Part shown: positions 58,823 through 64,000 of the stretch, piece after piece | Layout of the letters: each line of letters begins with the position of its first letter | How positions within the stretch are numbered: the stretch's first letter is position 1 | Program-made: the position numbers and the translations under genes | Notes under the pieces: generated by a model | Databases searched by the model: none | What the model was told of the DNA's origin: nothing | Seen by the model: only the letters and a program-made list of their open reading frames with translations | Source of the DNA: the human T2T-CHM13v2.0 reference genome, Homo sapiens | DNA length: 64,000 nt | NCBI RefSeq assembly: GCF_009914755.1 | Contig: NC_060932.1 | Direction: 5' to 3' (one strand)

Positions 58823-60996
58823 ACCATAAAGATGAGTTGCAGAAAAGCAGTTATTGGTTTAATATGAAAAAAAGCTTTCAAAAAAAGAATTCTATCCAAC
58901 ACTGAGAATTTATTTGCTTTAAAGTGAGCTTTCCTTATCAGAATTGTTCAAGAACATGGTAAATGTCCATTTTTCAGATTCTGAGATATCAATATTTCTG
59001 TTTTCAGACCCATAAGTAAGGCATTAATTCAATTCTGTAGTTTATTAAGCACATTTAAAGTCCCTTCTAATAAATATTTGCTTGCTTCAGTATTGCAATT
59101 ATTTGGAAATATTCTCACATTTAGAAAAATGTATATTTCCGAAGTGTCTCTTGAATTTGTTTTCATACTTCTGCTATACTTAACAGATAAGAAAATTGTT
59201 CTTATTTTTCCAGTCGTAGGCCAGGGCTCAAAGCTGGGTGGGAATCCAAGGAGTTCTCCCAGGCTAATTTACTTCTGCTCTGAGAGTGACTTTAAATTTA
59301 AATTAGCTGTCTCCTACATTAAAAAGGAAGTGAAGACTTGCAATTTTGCCATGAATTTAGCTTTTATCTCAACTTTCAGACCTTTAAACTCTACTTTATC
59401 TAAGCTTTATCTTGCATTACATGATTTCAGAAGAATAAGCACAGAATAATTATATGTGCAAAAAAAACCAGACTCATATCACCTACTGTTTATATCACTG
59501 TGTTATTTCTTAAAATGACACTGAAATAAATCTGTAAAAGATGAACTTCTAACTTATTTCTATTGTCAATACATGGGTTTTAAAAAATACTTTATTGACA
59601 CTGGAAATAATTATCCTGGGAAAGAAAGCGATAACCTTTAAAATGTCAAGCTATTTAAACTTTCGAACATTAAAAACATACCATTTGTGAGATTCTGCCA
59701 AGAATATTTAACTAATAAGAGTTCTACTATCATGTGCTGACAGTAGGCTAGTAGGCTGACAAGCTGTAAGCCAGAGCAGGATCAAGGCTGCTTAGAACCT
59801 TGTGGCAATTATCTGTGTAAGTCATATAATGGTCTCCTAAATGTCATGTTTGCAGGAAGAATGGGAGGAGATACCTTAATGAGATGTGAGGTGCCAGTGT
59901 TAGAGGGCTTTAAATTATGAGTGCCATTAATAAGTGGTGGCAGATTAATAGGATATATCACCAAACCAGAATTAGAAAAATTTTAGCCATTTTTCAGTGG
60001 ACTTTCAAAAATGCCTTTATCTTTAAATAACAAGAATCCTTGCCCAACATGTAAATTTCTCTGGTTGAATCATAGCTAAATTTCATTCTGCTTTTTTTTT
60101 TTTTCACTTTGGTAAGGAATTTGATATGTTGCATAAGTCAATGAACAGTTGAACTGAAATGAACACAGCCTGTCGCTTCAAGAATCCATCTCCATGGAAA
60201 ATAATGAAGCCGGAATAAAAAAGGAAACAAAACATATTTCCTGTCTGTCAACTGTCAGGATGTTTATTTGTTTCTTTAAGCATAGCACTCAGATAATAGC
60301 AGGGAAAACAGATTTTCACTTATAATGTTGTTTAATAAAGAATTTGGGCCAACTGAGCATATTTTCCATTTACCTCTCAGGCAATTCCAAAATAAAATTC
60401 TTTCATAATGTTAAGGAAGTGAGAAAACCTTTTCTTCAATTGTCCTATTCTTATCAGAAGGCAAAATAAGCTAAAATATATTTGAAAAAGTCAACTAAAT
60501 GAATATACTTGAAAGAAATAAAAGATACTAACATGCTTTTCTGCACTTATATTTTTAGGCCTATTATGGTTGATGTCAATGAAAGCAAAACCATGTTGTT
60601 TAACCTAAAATATCTTCTATCATTTGTTTTAACTGGCTTCAAACCTAGTAATTACTTAAATGGGAGAGCAACATGATTTATGTAGGCATTCTTGTCATGT
60701 GAATGAAAAATCAGTACTAAAGTTCAACCATCCTCACATATTTCCATAACAAAAGCCACCAAAATGAACTACTCAAATCATCCCACTTGGAGCCCTCTAT
60801 TCCTTCAGGAAATACTTTATGGTCTAAGAATCTAAGGGTACAAATTAGGAACTGGGAAACAAATGAGGTAACATATTGTAGGCAGTAGAGGTGATTTTCT
60901 TGTAAATTACAATCAGATTCATTGTACCAGGTACTCTGCCCTCGTTAGGATGCAGCTTTGAAGACAGCCAGGACTTTTGTGGCCAGTTTGCACGTA

Positions 60997-61346
60997 GAAT
61001 CAGCCCTCACGTCTGTGGGTTTTGCATCTGTGGATTCAACCAACCACAGATTGAAAATATTCTGGAAAAGAAAATGTTTTTGTACTGAAAATGTATAAAC
61101 ATTTTTTTCTTGTCATTATTTCCTAAACAATACAGTGTAACAACTATTTATGTAGAATTTACATTGTGTTTGATATCTTAAGTAACCTAGTGATGATTTA
61201 AAGTATTTGGGAAGATGTGCTTAAGTTCTATGCAAATATTATGGCATTTTATTTGGGACTTGAGCATCCTTGAATTTGATATACAAGGATTTTGTCATCT
61301 GCAGAAGGTCCTGGAACCAATCCCCTGCTAATACCAAGGAATAATG
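60997..61346. mobile_element. MER2 (TcMar-Tigger MITE)
   Basis: cagccctcacgtctgtgggttttgcatctgtggattcaaccaaccacagattgaaaatatt ... ggtcctggaaccaatcccc; ~350 bp with TA flanks. Confidence 0.88.
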
Positions 61347-62823
61347 TAAAGGTCCTTTATCCTGTTGAAATTTCTCTATCTGCAGAGATTTGGCTTTTGA
61401 ACTGTATGCTCAAAATTATCTTTCTGCATGTCTTCAGAATATATCAAGCTCCATATAATGCTACTTTAAATCCCACTTCTTGCCCTTCTTAAATGTAGAT
61501 TTTGTTGTTATAGTCACTCAACGTTTCCCTCCATTTCCTAACACAATACTACCTTTTCTTCTTTTTTTCTCCATTGCTTTTCTACTCTATCAAGGCGTAA
61601 CATTTGTCTGATTATTCTCTCTTGGTTTTCTAAGTTTTATCCTAATTGTAACATTAAATTGCAAAGAAAATAATGTTTTCTACTCTATCTTAAAATATAT
61701 GGCTAATACGCATTAATAATTAATGTAAATGTATTACTTCTCTAGACCGTTCTTAGGAATGTCTCAGAAGCTGTTTGTTTATGTCAACATGAATATCATC
61801 TGAGATTTCAGAAGAAAGAGAATACATAATTTATACCTTTAGTTTTGAGTTAAATTAGTATCATGTTCACACCCCGTAAACAATTAATTCTCTAAGGAGT
61901 AGGCTCTCTCATTGAAATGGTAGGTTAGAAATAAACCACATACAGGAATCTGTAAAATAATTCTGTTTGTTATTTTTATTATATCTAAATCTTCAAATAG
62001 TTTTCTTTTAATTAAAAAAATTTGGTTATTCTAGAAAAATACTTTTTTTCCATCCAGTTAAATCAAAATAAAACTATATAATAAGTATGTAGTTTGTGAT
62101 TCTATTCTCTTTAATCAGAATGATGCTACTGCTTTCTTTTTAAAAAGTCAAGCAGCCAGGCAAGAAAAACCAGAAACCACATTGTCAACTTTACTGTCTA
62201 ATGTGAAGGACCTCAGGAATTAGGAATTACTCTAATTGTATCCAGAGGTTAAATATATCTCATCAAATACTCTACTGTGGCTGCTTCTGTGAAATGTATA
62301 CATTTTAGGATCATTGCACTGCATCATATTGCATTATACACTCATTTCTTGAGAAGCAAAATGCACATTAAGATATTAAAATACCTGAGAAGACCTCTAG
62401 TAAGGAAATCTTGCTCATAATTCTACACCTTATTTTGCCTCCATAAATATGGAAAATATTGTGTGAGATAAATGTAAGAATTATGAGAGGATCTTGTCTA
62501 ACGACACATGGACTGAATCAATAGCAGCCATTATTGAAAGTGTTACAGTAAAAGCATATATTAGGCAGGCTTAGTAGGTATTTTAAGAAGATTAATGATA
62601 CATCTAATGAAAGAATACATCAGAAACCCAAAGAAGGTCAAAGATAAACTTCAGGTTAGACTTGTATGTTTAGTTACATGTTTAAAAAAGTGATCTCTCA
62701 ATATTAATTTCCTTAAGGTCAGCTTAATTTCATCTGTTTCACGGAGTCATACTAATTTTCATGTTTCAAGTTTCTATATTTTTGACAAAGTTAACGAAAG
62801 GGTAGTGAGATGCATCATTAGTA

Positions 62824-63141
62824 CAGTAGTGTTCCCTTATCCATGGTTTCATTTTCCCTTGTTTCAGTTACCTGCAGTCAACCTTGGTTCAAAAATATTG
62901 CAGTCTTTTGAGAGAGAAGGAAAATGGAGAACACATTCACACAACTTTAATGCAGCATATTCTTATAATTTTTCTGTTGGTTATTGTTAATTTCTAACTG
63001 TGCCTAATTTATAAGTTAAACTTTATCATAGATATTTATGTATAGCAAAAAGCAGTATATATACAGTTCAGTACTATCCTGGTTTCAGGCATTCACTGGG
63101 AATCTTGGAATATATATCCCACAGATAAGGGAAAACTACCA
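62824..63141. mobile_element. MER44A-like (TcMar-Tigger MITE)
   Basis: ta|cagtagtgttcccttatcc...tttcagttacctgcagtcaacc ... gataagggaaaactacca|ta terminal inverted repeats. Confidence 0.85.
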
Positions 63142-64000
63142 TAGCTGCCCTCAGAAGAGTACTTTTACCAGATTTACTCACAGGACTTTCTCATTCAAAG
63201 AGAAAATTTAAAAGCGTATGCAAAGATGCAGCTTAGCAAAAAAAAAAAAAAAAAAAAGAAAAAGTAAAACCAAGATTGACTTAACGGTCAAATTATATTA
63301 AAAATGAATGTAGAGAAAATATAACTTTGAGTTTGCAAAGTTTAAATAATAATTTCCAAGTTTGTAAGTAGAAATTTGGAAAGTCTTTTGGCAAAGTCAT
63401 TGCTGGGCCTCTTCTCTTGAAGATTTACATTTTCAATAACACATAGGATACAGAAAAAGTGGGAGGATGTCATTTATCAGAAAGACAGAGAGCAGATGTA
63501 TGGTGTATAGCCAGAAAAATTAGCTGGAGACACATTAACATTAAATATCTTAAAAGGAAGTACTCAACAAGAGCCTCAGAATTCAGTGTTTTGTATCCTA
63601 TTAAAGTAATATTTTGTACTTTGCAGCAATTTTATACTTGGATTTCCAAATCTTTACAGGCAGAAGATGATCATTATCTTTATTCTATCTGTGTGAAATT
63701 GACTATGGCTAATTTGGGAAGAACCTTTAAAGTAATACCTATATAAATTCAAGTTGGAATGAAGCCAAAAACTGCAGAATTCAGCCTTGGATCTGTAAGA
63801 CAAAAATACATTTATTTTAAGTCAACTCATGCCTTTCTTTGATCATGATGAACAATCAAACACCATAGAAGAATAATCTTTCAAAGATAAGAAGTGACCT
63901 GTTTTTATTCAAGGGATATTTTGTTTTCTCTATTCAGTTATGTTGAATTTTAAATATTCTAAAATTTTAAAGAAAATGCTATATGGCCATTCTTAGAAGA

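Noticed and set aside
63238-63263. Orphan poly(A) tracts (also ~8773-8792 and ~57678-57693) as retrocopy tails
   Set aside because: No flanking TSD and no recognisable upstream retroposed body.

Overview
AT-rich, CpG-poor primate genomic DNA, most likely human or great ape because it carries AluY and L1PA2/3-type copies. It reads as intergenic or deep intronic sequence. I find no protein-coding gene, RNA gene, CpG island or CRISPR array. Every recognisable ORF in the track is L1 ORF2, MaLR-internal, Alu or microsatellite sequence. A large fraction of the window is transposable elements: several L1s (three with twin-priming 5' inversions), six Alus, MaLR/ERV LTRs, two MaLR proviral structures, Tigger/MER DNA transposons and MIR/L2 remnants. 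I did not find a new biological system. The best observations concern genome dynamics: an inverted L1 pair sharing unusual variants (possible gene conversion), a chimeric AluSc/AluY, a triple nest (Tigger3 > THE1 solo LTR > THE1 provirus) with a serially re-copied junction, a template-switch micro-inversion inside an L1PB, and an old local duplication. There are also a few speculative exon, microexon and enhancer candidates. Subfamily names were recognised by eye from remembered consensus diagnostics and need RepeatMasker/Dfam confirmation. Boundaries of old elements are approximate.
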